A stretch of DNA of 64,000 nucleotides from Balanoglossus misakiensis (lineage: Eukaryota; Animalia; Hemichordata). The notes under the pieces were generated by a model. That model was not told the origin of the DNA and did not search any database. It saw only the letters and a program-made list of their open reading frames with translations. This document shows positions 48,201 through 61,482 of the stretch, piece by piece. A program made the position numbers and the translations under genes. How positions within the stretch are numbered: position 1 is the first letter of the stretch; every line of letters begins with the position of its first letter. The stretch lies in NCBI GenBank assembly GCA_040954595.2, contig CM082577.2:10193846-10257845 (forward strand), read 5' to 3'.

Positions 48201-51200
48201 CGCTCTTGTTTTTCCATGTCTAACATTTTACTCTCTTTATAAAAAAAGAGAAAAAAATTAAAAACAAAATGCAGAACAAGAAACCTGAGATAGACGACAG
48301 TGACCACAAAGTGATAAGAAAAATAACAGGCAATGAGAAAAACAGTACGAAGCATTTTAACGTAAGAGAAAAAAATAAAACACACCAGCAACTTAGAATA
48401 CTCCAGGAAATAAACTTGAAGTACCAGTGAAATCAAAGAAAAGTGAGAAAAAAGAAATAATAAAAAGAAGCAAAAGCTAGCCTGAAACTACGACAGAGCA
48501 ATGTTTCTTATATTTTTTTTAGTGGCAGTGCAGATTCTCAACTAGAAGTGATTTTTGTGAAGTTTGAGAGCAGGTGCGAAAATTTGTGATGGATCCAATT
48601 CAGAGAGCATGAGAGGATGATGCATAGTACTTGAAGTCCATGTTAAATTAAATAATGCTTTCTTCAATCAGACTTTTTGTTTGTTGTAATAGAAACATTC
48701 CTTCATGATTTTGGATTGAGTTTCTCTATAATTTGAGTGCACTTTTTGCAAATTAGGGACGCATCATCTTGCAAGATACTTTAGAAACATTCTACTTCTT
48801 TGTTGTTTGTAATTCTTTTTTCCCCAGAGATGTGAGATGTAGTATGTGAAATGCGTTTCCAGGCTAGCTTTTTTCCCTATTAAGTCTACCTGCTGCCTAT
48901 ACGGTGAGAGTCTACCCGTGCTAGCAGTGAGCGGTGGAGCGTAGCTATACTGCACAGAAGATCCGCCACGATAATAAGATACCTGGTTATTGGGAACTCC
49001 TGGACTGTGCTGGTACGAGCCGTAGGAATCTGTGAGGGAAGAAAAAAAAGAGAAAGTTCTCTTTTTAGTTAACTAGATCTAAACGTTTGAGTTTAGATAA
49101 CACAGCGAATGGATTGGATATATGATTTACATGCAGTATTATGCACATCTACATTTAGCACCTTCCAGTATATCAACAGACAATTGAGTTTTCCAACCCA
49201 TACACTACAGAATTCTTCAATTCATTCTTTATGAAGAATTCTTCAACACTTGACCACATACCCATGTTTTGAATCTTTAAACAGAATAACATTTTACCCA
49301 ATTTTTTTAACACCATAAATCTATTTGCTTTAATCTATTTTTCTTCTGCAGTTTAGGATATCATAACTATTTGGGGATGCAATCTGATATCATCAAAATG
49401 TTTGAAAAAAATTCACATCAAATCACCATGTAACATTTGCATCACATAAAAAAATACATCTGTTTTCCAAGCTTAGGGATATTTAGACTACACGGTACAT
49501 GATCTGTGTAAAAAATACACTGCATAATATACTCCAGTCTTCCCTCGGCCCAAAACACATTACCACATGAATGCAGTTTTTTATTATTTGGGGATGGATG
49601 GATCGTTTTGTTATCAGTCATGGTGATGGGGTCAAGTTGATGGGTTGGGTGTGGAAGGCAATGTCCCAGTGAGTCTTATTCACGATCGCACGAGATGGGT
49701 GTGTTGCGATTATCAGAGAGAATGTGATATCTTCAATGCTTGCTCTGGTAACTCCATCCTTCAAACTGCAATCACGCATTCCCATACATGTCTAGTATCT
49801 GTGTGGATGTGTATACTGTAAAACACTTTATTTTCGCGAGTTGAAATTTTCACGATATCGAGAGAGGCCACTGTTTCGCGAGTATTAATTTTCGCATTCT
49901 CTTATTTCATTCACTGCATCATTAAATTTACGCTACTTTTTATTTTCACGCTATTTTGGCGAAAATTTATTGCTCGCGAAAATAAAGTGTTTTACAGTAT
50001 GTATGCACGCCCTGTGACAAGTGTTGGGGTGTAATATAGGCATATACAAGTTAAAGGCCAGGTTTATGTTTATACCAATGTATCACATGCAAACACACAT
50101 ACGTGAGTGTCATAACATTGTAGTAAAACGCTCACAACATATCAAATTCATACACAAGTTTACTACCACACCACCACCATGTTTACGGACAACATTTTCT
50201 GGTACGAGACCAACAAGATATCTGCCATATTTTTTTTCTTCCAGAGGTAAACATCATCATCACAAGATATTAACCATGCCATGTGTAGTACAGGGCAAAA
50301 ATCTTTAAGAAACATCAGCTGGAGACATGACCTGAACTGCCCCCCAGGTCACGCTGTGCAGGGATTGTGGACAGTAGCAGGTGGCACACTCTGGCCAGTG
50401 GAGGGGAAGAGAATCTCTCGCAGCTAAAACACACAAACCCCACATCTCCCAATACTCCAAACACACGCGACCGCAATCTCCCTAAAACAACAACGGCATC
50501 AGACGCAATGGTGGGGTGTCTTGGCTCCCCTTAAAAGACCAGACACCGTCTCAAATGGCAAGAGCGACTGTTCATGCTCTGCTCTACCACACAGCAGTGC
50601 ATCAAGACCCAAATCTTGTTGTACATATAATTCACCCTATTACAGCCACGCAGCACACGTCATAAATAAATTCATTCCAGGCACGCTTCTTGTTTACACT
50701 ATAAAAATAAGTTCACAAGCAAGCAGCGTCTGCCGTACCGAAGCAAACCGCCGCCGCCACGCACACACACGCTCCACGCCACGACTCAAACGGTGACACA
50801 CTGACCCTCGCACGCTCTCGACTCACTCACTCACTCAGAACCTCCAGGATCAATGTCAGTGCAACGGAACATTGAAACAGGGTGAGTTTGATTTGATACT
50901 GCTGGAATGTCCCAATTATAATGACTCTGGGCATGGACGGAATTTTTCGACTAACTTTAACTGATGGCAACAAGTGACGACGATGGTTGTATTCAAGATG
51001 GAATTTAAATTTTACACTACTCGATAAATTACTGTAGATGATGAATCTTTAGATGATGAATGTTAAATTACTTTAGAGATATCAGCCTTATCATTAAAAT
51101 ATAATGAAACATCTACATATATATCATGTGTTGTTGTTTTTTCTATAGAAGGTCACCAACCTTGCCTCCCTAGAATGAAGTTTACTGACTGTACACATTT

Positions 51201-52494
51201 TTAGACTACTTTTGAACAGCCTACCCAACATTTTTTTTTTTTTTTTTTTTTTTTTGGGGGGGGGGAGTTCAAAAGGGTGTTAAAATACACAAAATATGCT
51301 GTGTACAAAAAAGCCAAGTACCAATAATACCTGCAGGTCAGTGACTTTGCATATCATGCGGCAATGACAGTTAATATTATGATTAAAAGTTTTCTATCAC
51401 CAATCCTTACAAATCCGACATGTTTACTTCAATCTTTACTTTTCAGGGAATGTTGGCAGGGCTGTCTATTCTCTGTCAAACATGTCTGGACTGATTCACG
51501 ATTTATTGGGTGGTGCCACGAAAAATGGCATTGGTTCAAAACAAACCAAGACTTGAATCAGAAAACTGTAGTATAAAAATTTGGGCTGGACTAGAGCAAA
51601 AGACGCAAGACCTCAAAGGGTCCCCGACAGTGCCTGAAAAATACTGCAACACAAATAATCACACCAAAACTTTGTCTGGATTTATGAAAAATCATTGTTG
51701 CACAATACTGCATGAACTTTCAGTTCTCCTAGGGCACTGACTTCACGAGAGTTTACTTTTTTCTGTTTTCAATTGAAAATAGGCAGGGTACTATTTCCTG
51801 GCAGTTCGCAATGACATGTTATGAGTTTGCCCGACTAAATTTAGGTTCGAGTGAACGAAAACAGGAACATTAATGCCTGCGTGATATTATACAGCAGCGG
51901 TGACAGCTGGAACTGACCCAAGGATCGCGCGAGTCTGGTCAGCTCGTCTTGCGAGGTAAAAGGAATTCATGTCAGGGATCTACATTCAACTATGAGGCTA
52001 CAACATCAAAAGTCCCAACACACGCATATTCCGTATCAAAATCAAGATTTCCTGATGGTGAAAACTGAGTGATTTGTGTTGATTACAGATGAAGTGTGTT
52101 GACTGCGATGGAGGTTTCTTGTAGAGCTTACATGTAGTTTACGATAAAGGAAAATTGATACCCATGCCCGTGTACATGTAAATGTGTGTGGTTTGCTAAA
52201 TGTATACATGTATGTGTGTATGTGTACATGGATGGCCTTGCAATGAAAACATCATTCAGGAAGAGCTTGCTTGGCAATGGCTAATGGTACATGTAGATTA
52301 TCAAACACAAAATGACGAGGGAAAAAAAGCACTGGTTGAGAAAGGAACACACAGAGTGATTTTTTGTGTGTAAACAATGAACATGCTTGTCACGACTACC
52401 ACTGCAGCCAGTATTATACACACACAGCACTTGCCTTTTCTCGGTCTGTGGTGACCGTAGTTTCTGCTTCTATAGCGCTGCTGCTCCATCCTTC
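35831..52494 (-). CDS. CASKIN: Caskin-like scaffold protein, 3' part (tandem SAM, Pro-rich region, Caskin tail); ankyrin/SH3 exons, if present, lie beyond the right edge
   Basis: Exons 52435-52494, 48890-49029, 47792-47879, 45338-45525, 44829-44967, 43349-43440, 42966-43076, 41991-42092, 40353-40491, 37162-39990, 36781-36892, 35831-35948 are phase-consistent. SAM1 '[30 protein letters not shown]', SAM2 '[21 protein letters not shown]' and C-terminal '[20 protein letters not shown]' match Caskin-family signatures as recalled. Confidence 0.9.
36781..36892 (-). CDS. CASKIN: Caskin exon ([10 protein letters not shown])
   Basis: Phase 1->2, needed to join the large exon to the terminal exon in frame; GTAAG donor. 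Confidence 0.85.
37162..39990 (-). CDS. CASKIN: Caskin large exon (end of SAM2, Pro/Gln/His-rich disordered region)
   Basis: 945-aa ORF; TAG acceptor at 39991-39993; GTAGG donor. Confidence 0.93.
40353..40491 (-). CDS. CASKIN: Caskin exon (SAM2)
   Basis: [20 protein letters not shown]... Confidence 0.93.
41991..42092 (-). CDS. CASKIN: Caskin exon (SAM1 C-half)
   Basis: [12 protein letters not shown]. Confidence 0.93.
42966..43076 (-). CDS. CASKIN: Caskin exon (SAM1 N-half)
   Basis: Hand translation [37 protein letters not shown]. Confidence 0.93.
43349..43440 (-). CDS. CASKIN: Caskin exon
   Basis: Phase 1->0, splice sites. Confidence 0.8.
44829..44967 (-). CDS. CASKIN: Caskin exon (SYENV)
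   Basis: Phase 0->1, splice sites. Confidence 0.82.
45226..45280. repeat. (TATG)n microsatellite
   Basis: Imperfect TATG run. Confidence 0.85.
45338..45525 (-). CDS. CASKIN: Caskin exon (YEDIWLRR, similar to the Caskin1 CASK-interaction motif EEIWVLR)
   Basis: Phase 1->0; GC-rich; motif similarity from memory. Confidence 0.82.
47792..47879 (-). CDS. CASKIN: Caskin exon ([10 protein letters not shown]); an alternative acceptor 12 nt upstream is possible
   Basis: Phase 0->1, GTAAGT donor. Confidence 0.75.
48890..49029 (-). CDS. CASKIN: Caskin exon (Tyr/Ser-rich)
   Basis: Strong polypyrimidine acceptor; phase 1->0. Confidence 0.78.
49814..49999. mobile_element. TA-CTGTA MITE with a perfect 27-bp terminal inverted repeat (including the TA)
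   Basis: TACTGTAAAACACTTTATTTTCGCGAG ... CTCGCGAAAATAAAGTGTTTTACAGTA. Confidence 0.88.
52435..52494 (-). CDS. CASKIN: Caskin 60-nt exon with non-canonical GC donor
   Basis: TAG acceptor; AAG|gcaagt donor; phase 1-1; [19 protein letters not shown]. Confidence 0.65.
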
Positions 52495-53375
52495 CTAGAT
52501 TAAAAATCCAACCACAGGTTCACATTAAAAACAAACGACCCAAGCAGGGATTCAGAAAACAAATCCTGTCTCTCCTCCAGAAGGGCTTCTGCTTTGACAC
52601 TGTGAAACAATCTCACTTAGCAGCTTGGTTGTGTATATATTAAAAAAAAACTGGTAATGTCTGGATTCGGCTATCCCGTGCACGGCGAAATGGAACTCCA
52701 GGACAAACTCGCCATTAGCAGGAGTAGAAGTTTTCCGTTCTCCCTATTCCTCGAAAGGTCAATGACAAAATAGTTGGTGTATCAGCGTTTCAAAAAAAAA
52801 AAGACTGATAGGAGATTATCTGTCCAATGCCGGTCGCCATGACATCACCGCATTCTCCTTACTCTGTAGTACATGTAGTTAGGGGAGGCAGTCTTGCGTG
52901 GAGAACTTAACAACCATCAACAACAAGGTCATACGAGATTGCCATGATCCTACAGCGTCACCGAGCTGACCCCGGTATCCTTCTAAATGCTAAACAGAGC
53001 AACTAAATTTGATGATGTGCGCTCCTGAAAAACCGACGGTCAAGCACATACTTTTTAGGCAAAATTTACAACGTCCCCGCGGCTGGCAACAGTACCAAGT
53101 CGAATTCGCCAAAAGGGTGGTTTAGCTGATTTATGGATGTACGGGTGACGTCGTGAAATCGAAGCCGGCCTGGAGCGGGGCTGGGGACTCTTTCGACGAG
53201 CAGAGAGCGCGAGGGGGATGACGATACACAGCAGCCAATCGGCTGTGCTGTCAATCATCTCGGAGGTTGATGCAAACCATGACAACCCTGCCACACACGC
53301 GCAACCCGACTGCAGATCTTTGCATGCACCGAATTTTGGGGGAAAATGGACACAGAGTGCAAATTGGCTACTCAC

Positions 53376-53523
53376 GTCTGCTGCCCGGCCGGCCCGGGTG
53401 CAGGATCACCCGGGATCCCGCCATCGCTCGATTGGCGGGCGTCCAGTGCCTGCCCCGAATGTTGCCGTTCCGTGTACTGGAGGAGTTCATCCTGGTGCTA
53501 ATCACCGCAGTCTGCATGGGCAT
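53376..53523 (-). CDS. CASKIN: Candidate alternative first coding exon of Caskin (MPMQTAVIST...RPGSRR)
   Basis: ATG at 53523 open to a gtgagt donor at 53375 in phase 1, matching the next exon; lies in a GC/CpG-rich island. Confidence 0.5.
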
Positions 53524-56500
53524 GCAACCCCGGCAAAAAAAAATCTCCCAGGAATTGCTGGCAAGGAACAGCACAGCGCAGCCAGTCAGGCCAGCAGACA
53601 AATCACCATGAAATACACGCGACAGCTGCCTGGCTGACGGACGATGACTGCACAGAAGAAGAAGCAAGCTGTGGACTGTACAGCATCAACAAAGAGTCTA
53701 GGATCACCCAAGCTAAGCTTACAGCCAGCACACGCAGCCCAAACCTGGTGTTGTCTGAAGACCTGCCTGGACAGAAAATAACCAAACACCGAGACTGCCG
53801 ACACAGTTTATAGCATCTGCTTGCCAATCAGGCCCTAAACCCTGCCCCCACCAAAAAAGAATCCAATATACAATTACCCCAAACATAAACTTCTAGACCA
53901 ATGAAAAGTTCAACTGGGTTTTAGATTCTTGTTCAATGAACCCTCCAGAGTTTATACGCGAGAAAGAAAAGAATAACAACACAGACTCTTTTAAACAGAT
54001 AAAAGAATTCCTGGGATACAGTCATGATCTCATGCTGTTCTTCAACGATAGTACAACCAACTATGAGAATTATTTCATTGTGAGGAATTTTCGCAGTAAA
54101 AGCTGTTCCAGATGATTGGAAAATCAGACCCTTCCTTATCAAAAACACCAACTCTTAAATGTTCACAGGTTAGTTAATAGAGATGAGCTGAAGTTAAGAA
54201 ACAAAACAAGATGAAACCTACAGTAGTTTTTGATCTACAGCCTGTAGGGGGAATTTTCAGTTTACCTCCCCAAGGAGGGGAGGAACCATTTGTTATTCTG
54301 GGAATTCATTACCTAACTCACTAATTGGGTATTTATATGATTACAAGTTTGTAAATATACAACCAATTATGCAAATGGTTAAAATCAACAGAGTTTCTGT
54401 AGCACAAAAAATATTTACTAAATTAGCATTTGATATCAATTTGATAGCATCTTCCTAGAAAATAAATTGTGGTATGTGTTGCCATGATTATGTACCAAAG
54501 AGATTTTTCTTCACAACCTGGTCAAGCAAACTTCTGACTTCAAAATCATGTGAAGCATTACCACAAAGACAATGGTTTGACATTCTCTCCCCACCAGACT
54601 ACGGATTTCTTTCGTTTCACTATCGAAATCACGTACACGGCCTTTTTGCGGGGAGCAGAGCGCTGCCGTAAAAGGGAGGGCCGTGGTTTGCGACGATGTG
54701 GTTTGAGGACTTGTTGGGAATGAAAAGCAGAAAACGACATCAAGCAAAATACGACACATAATGCAACCTGCCAACCCCCAATCTTGTTCGACTTCCATTG
54801 TTTTCAGTAGTGTAGTTGGATCCATGTACAGATAAATGGGGGTGTAGGGGGGTATCAGAGAACAGAACAGTGGGTCAATCGATGCCATCAACTTGTAGGT
54901 GGAATCTCAATCGCAACCAGCACTACTAAGGATAGGCTGTTCTGGACAACACTGGTGATAGTTCATTGGCCTCCCTCTGGGGAGCAATTAATAAAATAGA
55001 CAAATCAGATTTGTGTATTAAGGGCGTTGTTGATGACTTTAGACCTGAAGGGTACCTTGGGCAAGGCTAACAAAAACAGTATTTCAACTCGTCAAAGCCT
55101 TCGGGATAAAGTTTACAGAGCACTTGTCTGAAACTGTAAACTTGAATCACTGTTTCACGTCATAGCTTGGGTCTACTATTTCAAGTGTTTACTTCTTCGG
55201 GCCATGCCCTGTTTGTCAGATGGGTTTGAAACACTGGAGCCGGCTATTTCTCAAGGCCTTCTGATCAAGAAACGTGATTATTTGTGCAGGCCATTTTCCC
55301 AGCATGCTTTGCTTCTTCCATACACTGACTGATGGAATTTGGAATGGTTCATGTACATGTAAGAACCCAAGTACATGTATGACTTAGTTCTGAAGTACTT
55401 TTCAATCTTGCTCTCAGAAATTTCTAATCTATTCCCTTTACAACCTATTCACTCAAAAATTCTGAAATTTATCAATATTCACAAATGGTCGTATGATTGT
55501 CTGCACACAGAAAAACAAAACTGAACTCGTCGACTTCCCAGAAAACAAGGAGAATTCTTATTTTCATTTTGTCTTTCTTTTCAAAATAACTCCATTTATA
55601 TTTGTACTAGTTAAGGGTCAGGAATCCTCCAAAAATCCAGATCAATGTGGGACGAATAGTACCACAGAATGGGTAAGTACCTGTTAAGTATTTGAAATTC
55701 TGACTTCTCATTACAGACCGACAACGCACCTCCATTCACGTTCCACATTAACGAGCCTGTCACCGAGTATCAAAATATTAAAATCAAATTACGGCCGACG
55801 ATATCGGTTTACCACCCACTCATGTCACAGATTCTTCTCAACCGGCCATCTGCAGTCGCGCGAGGGATGACCTCCAATGACCCCAGCGAGTCTGCTCCGG
55901 CATAACCTACCCGCATTTCTGACATTGCTCTGCACAGTTCAAAAACCTTGTTTATTCACCGCACTGCCATTCTTTATATTCCACGCATTTCACAGAATAC
56001 AAACCGTGTAATTGGTAAAGATCTGAATGCAGAAGAAATCTGGATCTGTCTCGCTGTTTTAAGTGTCCGCGACGCCTTGGAAATGATGTTTTGGATTTGC
56101 CCACTGTTAATTTAAATGACTTCCCCCAATTTGGTACATTCTGGTGTGTGCCGGCCACAAAAGTGACAATTCAGCAATTAACGGCCAGCGGAAATTGACC
56201 GATTTTCTAAATAGGTGTTGGGAGACCTTGTATAAAAAGACGTATTGCATCAACAAACAGACATTTGATGACTCTTCTTTCCTGTATGACACCATTTGAT
56301 TTGACGCATGCACGCCATACAAAACATCGAACACAGACATTTTCAGCACTGAAATGACCTCACTGTAAAATTGAGTGGCTCTTGGCTACCTTGAAAGAGG
56401 AAACATCACTGTACAACACCAGTCAAGGAACTGTAACCAGCCGCTACTGTTTGTCATAAAACTACAGTTCAGTTTTTATCATCAACCGAGCAAAATAACA

Positions 56501-59401
56501 ACACATTTGGATCGCTTGCAATAGGATGCTGCAAGCATACATTGTAAAGCCCCTTAAAACTCATCGACTGGGGACATCTTTACTTTATCAGAACTGGTTT
56601 CAAGCTACAGTTTACATTTTCCCTAACAGCCCTAATCTCCTGGGTATTTCGCCAGGATCACGTAATGAAATCCTCCGCCAAAAATGCGAAAGGTTACACT
56701 TTTTAGCAACTTCAGAATGTTTGAAATTTACTGAAGAGATTAACCTCTGAACTTTTCACTCTCTCAGTGACCGAAGAAAAAAAAACACTCCATCTTTGAG
56801 TCAAAGGTAGGGGCCAAAAAATACTAGATTCCAAACAGATCCCCGCTGACTTTGTCATGTTTGAATCTCTACATACTTCTTAGAAGATATCCCATGGTAT
56901 TCAGCAACTTTCAAAACAACTTTCTAGCAGCTGATGAAATCAAGATTGTTTTAACCACAGTTTCTCCATTTCTATTACATGTACATATCCATGTAATAGT
57001 GTTTTAACTCTTTTTGCTCATAGGCATGGTTCAGGCAACTTCACTATATGCAATTCCACATTATTTCCTCTGGAGAGTTCCCTACTATGTCATTCGATAT
57101 GTATTCTATTAAAATCAAGATACGGCAATCACCTTGACACATACATGTACGATTTTGATATCACAGAGGAAACCTTTTTTTCTAGACTACAAGACTTTGC
57201 GGTAAGTTGCGGTAAGTACCCGATATAACAGTAACAGAGATTGCAATTCTACCACGACACAGACACACATGCACATTAACTAAAGTCAAGAATCTATCCT
57301 GCATAATTTGGATCCACCAGGAGGCATCTTTTCTGCACTGGGATAGACCACAGGTGCTTGACGACGCCAAACCGCCCCAGCTGCAGTATTTACGGCATAC
57401 TACAGCTGAGGCCGTTTGACGTCGTCCGCCACCTGCGGGTTAAACCCACCCTACAGCAGCAGCATCACTTTTTTTACAATCTCGCGACTTTCCCTTATCT
57501 CAATTCCTCATCCCTTCATTGCGTATGCAAAGAAGCGCCACACGCTTCGGGTCCCCGAGGGAAATCTCAGCCAATTACCGAAGCAGAACAAAAACATCTG
57601 ATAGATGCCCTCCCTTCCCGTCTCCATTTCCTCTTGACGGATAAATTCTCTTACAGCCCGTCCGCTCGAAAAAATTAGCGTCAGCTGCAGATGCGAAGAT
57701 TGCGTGTGTAAATCATCAAAACCGTGTCTGACTCGCGCTGTCGCCGTGTTCTGGCTGCGTGTGGAGTTCAGTCAACAGTGACACGTTACATTACAACTGC
57801 TGCTGTTTAACAGATTTAGTTGACAATTCTCAAATCGAGGGAACACTTTGACGCTTCACTGGGCAGAGTCACAATTTCTTTTATCACTTGAAAAAAAATT
57901 CACCATAATTGGTATTTTCCCCCTCAAATTGGTCACCCAGGGACCCAATCATGGCTGGTGTTACAACAGCAATAAATAAATTCCAAACGAAAAACTTCCC
58001 CCCACACTGCAAAGTGAATAATTCAACGCAATATCATGTGCCAAGGATTCCGGGTCTCTTTCACTGCCTTTAATCTTCCCTTCTCTCCCTTTTTAGTGCC
58101 GTCGGCCACAAAAGACAGGATTCCATTAGTGGGAGAAACTTGACCTTTGGACGTCGCGACTTGAATGAGAAATGACAAAAACCACGCTAATGGAACGAAA
58201 TGACTCGATGTTACGACGCTCTCTCGTAAAACTGGAGTTTAAATCGTTCAGTCTATTTTTATCTCTCCACAGAAATCGTCCGTCAACCATGTACTTCTGT
58301 GGGCAATCATCCAATGCAACTTCTCAGCATTCTGTAATCTCCCAATCTGAATTTATTGATCATTTTTTGTAATGTGACACCGATACCTGGACTACACAAA
58401 TGATCGATATAATGGTGTTCATGCCCCAAACTTGACAAACATATTAAAAAATAACGCAAATTCTTCTGCCTTCCTCACACTTGATGTCGTCAAAGAGGGA
58501 CCAAAATCTTTAGTCAGCTTATTTTGATTATTTTGTTGTTATTGAAAAAGACAATATTACTAATGCAATAAACTGTAACAAAACACAACAATAAAATTGA
58601 CATTTCCTTAAGAATAACTGCAGTCCCTGTATTCTTTAAAGACACACATTCCCAATTATTATGGCTTTTTTCTTAATTAAAACTCTGCAGGTCAAACATT
58701 TTCCACACAAATAATTTTTTTCCAAATCCCCATCCACACACGCTGCGAGTTAAGGATAAGCTGACCTCTGTGTTTTCACAAGACGTGCAAATCCCAAAAC
58801 ACGCTATTAATAACGACAGATGTGTTAAGTAATACTGCAGTACATATCAGAAGGTGACGCCATATGCCAGGTGTAGTTATACACCTGGTATGTGTGTTTC
58901 CATGACGAAAAATCATCCTTTGACTCGAAGATTTTCATCAGGACAGAAAAAACTGTCACTGCTTTTGATCTTGCTGGTGATCGATTACGATCTGACACAT
59001 CAAGTCTAACAGATGACGGTACGTGCAGAAACAGATGCAAATTGGTGTTGCAATCAGCATATTTTCAGCACAACTGCACTTTCTGAGTAGGTGACTCATT
59101 TTCTCCCCAGAAACAAAATTCAAGTGTGCGCATACCTGCATGAATTTCAAAGTGCTGCTTCTGCGGCGTGGAGCTGCTTTGTGTTTTCCCGATGACAGAG
59201 TCTCTGAGTGCTATACACAGGAACAACTGATGCACCTCAATGAACATATACCAGTCAAGTGCGTCTGGCCGGTGTGTCTTTGTCTTCAAAGGGCATCAGC
59301 CAGTCGAGACAAGAGTAGCTCCGAAGTTGTTATGTAACAACAGATTGCTAAATTACACCCCCCCCCCCCTAACTAAAGTGGCACTCCACGCCCGCCAAAC
59401 T

Positions 59402-59603
59402 GTTACCATGGCAACTGGAGGAGCAAAGGCGTGAAACAAAGGGATGAATCATCTTGCGCCAACGTCTCCAGAGGACATCAGATGCAATCGGATATCTGAT
59501 ACCCGGGAACCTGAAACGGTTGCCATAGCAACCACAACTGCTACCTTGGCAACCGAAGCAACAAAAAAACCTGCATCTCGGGGATGATCTGTTGCCGTGA
59601 AAC
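59402..59603. promoter_or_regulatory. Cluster of RFX X-box motifs
   Basis: GTTACCATGGCAAC 59402, GTTGCCATAGCAAC 59519, GCTACCTTGGCAAC 59540, GTTGCCGTGAAAC 59591. Confidence 0.6.
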
Positions 59604-61275
59604 AGACTTTGCGAAATGAGACAGTTATTAATTTGAATGCCAAGTGATCGGCCCTCTTTAATTTTTATTTCATTTGAACAATATCTGGTGCATCTCTGGA
59701 TTTGCACTGCTATTTTCCTTCCAGATGCTGCCAAACAAACTTCAGCACAAAGGAAGCACCTGGCACTATGGCACAGAAAAGGGGGTGTACAAAACCACAC
59801 AGAAAGATACAAGAATGTTTATTCCATGTACACTAATATAGTTTAAAACCACACTCCGAGATATAGATAAAAGCAGACACTTTTGCCGTTTCTTGCTGTC
59901 CATGTCTTAATATGTCTTGTCAGCTTTCACATTAAAAATCTACACCTGGCCACTCTACTGTATTTCCTATTCAGTATACATGTACACACCTTCAAGAAAT
60001 AAGAAGATTCCGATATCACGGTGCCCAAAAATCTCAATACAGACCTCTAACACTGTATAGAAGTCAAACAGAAATGTTTTTTCTAATACAAACATCTACT
60101 GCACACCATCCAACCCTCAACAACCAACCCAGCTCCCAAAGTGTACTGACCCACTTAAAGTCATCACATCTTCCCAGGTAACGTCTTGCAAGGAGCACTG
60201 ACAGGACCTCATCAGGATGGCCGGCGCATTAAAGTGAGGAAATAAAAGCAATTTGACTCAGACTAAAAACAGAGTAACGTTTCTAAACGACAATCTAATC
60301 AGCCGGCTCATGAATCACCATGCCGGCCACACAAGTCTTCATTACTCGATGCGACTGGCTGGGGGGAGAGACAAGAATTCCACTCCCGAAGGCCCCTGAA
60401 CGACGGGACAGACATGAGTCACATGTGCTTTTATTAAAGACACCAACGCTAGCTTCTCTAGAGACTTGGAAGATTGTTCACCTTCTGAGCTGTGTACACT
60501 ACTGTCACAACCGACAGGTACCAGGGGAAATATTGCTCGTGCCGATTATCTGAGAAATAACAATGAAAGCTGCATACCAAATAATGAAACACAATGATAC
60601 AATGAAATCAGAGATTAACTGGCTACTGTCAAACGTGGATAGATACCCTGAATGAAAAGATACATTTACCGGACTCATTCTTCAAATTTCATTTATGCCA
60701 TTGACATTTTTCATGAAGATGATACGGAAAGCCCATATAGCATGTGTCAAATCCTTTCTTACACAAATTCTATACAAATGCGGAAACTCTTTTAATGTGT
60801 TTAATAAATCAGTTTTAATAGGGAAGCCTAAAGAATGAAATAATATATATTCTGAGTGTGGTAAAAACAGATTATTGACACAAGTCATTGTCAATGACGT
60901 ATTCCCCACAAGATTAATAGATTAGGAAACCATTGGCGGAAATGAAGCTGTAATGAAGACATATTAAGGCAGACATTGTTTGTGGGCGTATCTGCAAAAT
61001 GACTCTGAAAATGTTTCTAAGATATTATGAACATGGTGCTATAGAGCTATATATTGCTATATACATGTACATGTATAATGTACTATGTACGTCTCAATAC
61101 TTTTGCCATGCTAAAGAAGATCACAGTTACTGACACCTGACGTGAAAATCTCATCACAAACCAACTGTCACCTATCAATCAGATTAATCCTAAGGTGCAA
61201 ATGAATCACTTCACACATAACACAATGGTTGCTAGGCAGCCAGCTTGGATCAAATTGTGCCTTACACTTGAAACA

Positions 61276-61482
61276 TATTGTAAAACGGGAAACTTTCGTA
61301 AATGATAAATTTTCGCGAACTACGCGAGAGCCCACAAAACACGAAAATAAAAAAGTTGTGTAAAAATGTTTTTCGGAGATAACGCAGTGAAATAAGAAAA
61401 GGCAAAAATTAATTATCGCGTAACAGTAGCGCACTCTTCTAATATCGCGAACAATGTCACGAAAATTTCCCGTTTTACAGTA
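61276..61482. mobile_element. Related TA-CTGTA MITE
   Basis: TATTGTAAAACGGGAAACTTTCGT ... ACGAAAATTTCCCGTTTTACAGTA; internal TTTTCGCGA motifs. Confidence 0.8.

Noticed and set aside
50332-50423. Exon-like segment in a Caskin intron
   Set aside because: 92 nt, does not preserve phase 1-1, weak donor, and no upstream ATG in the compatible frame. It could still be UTR.
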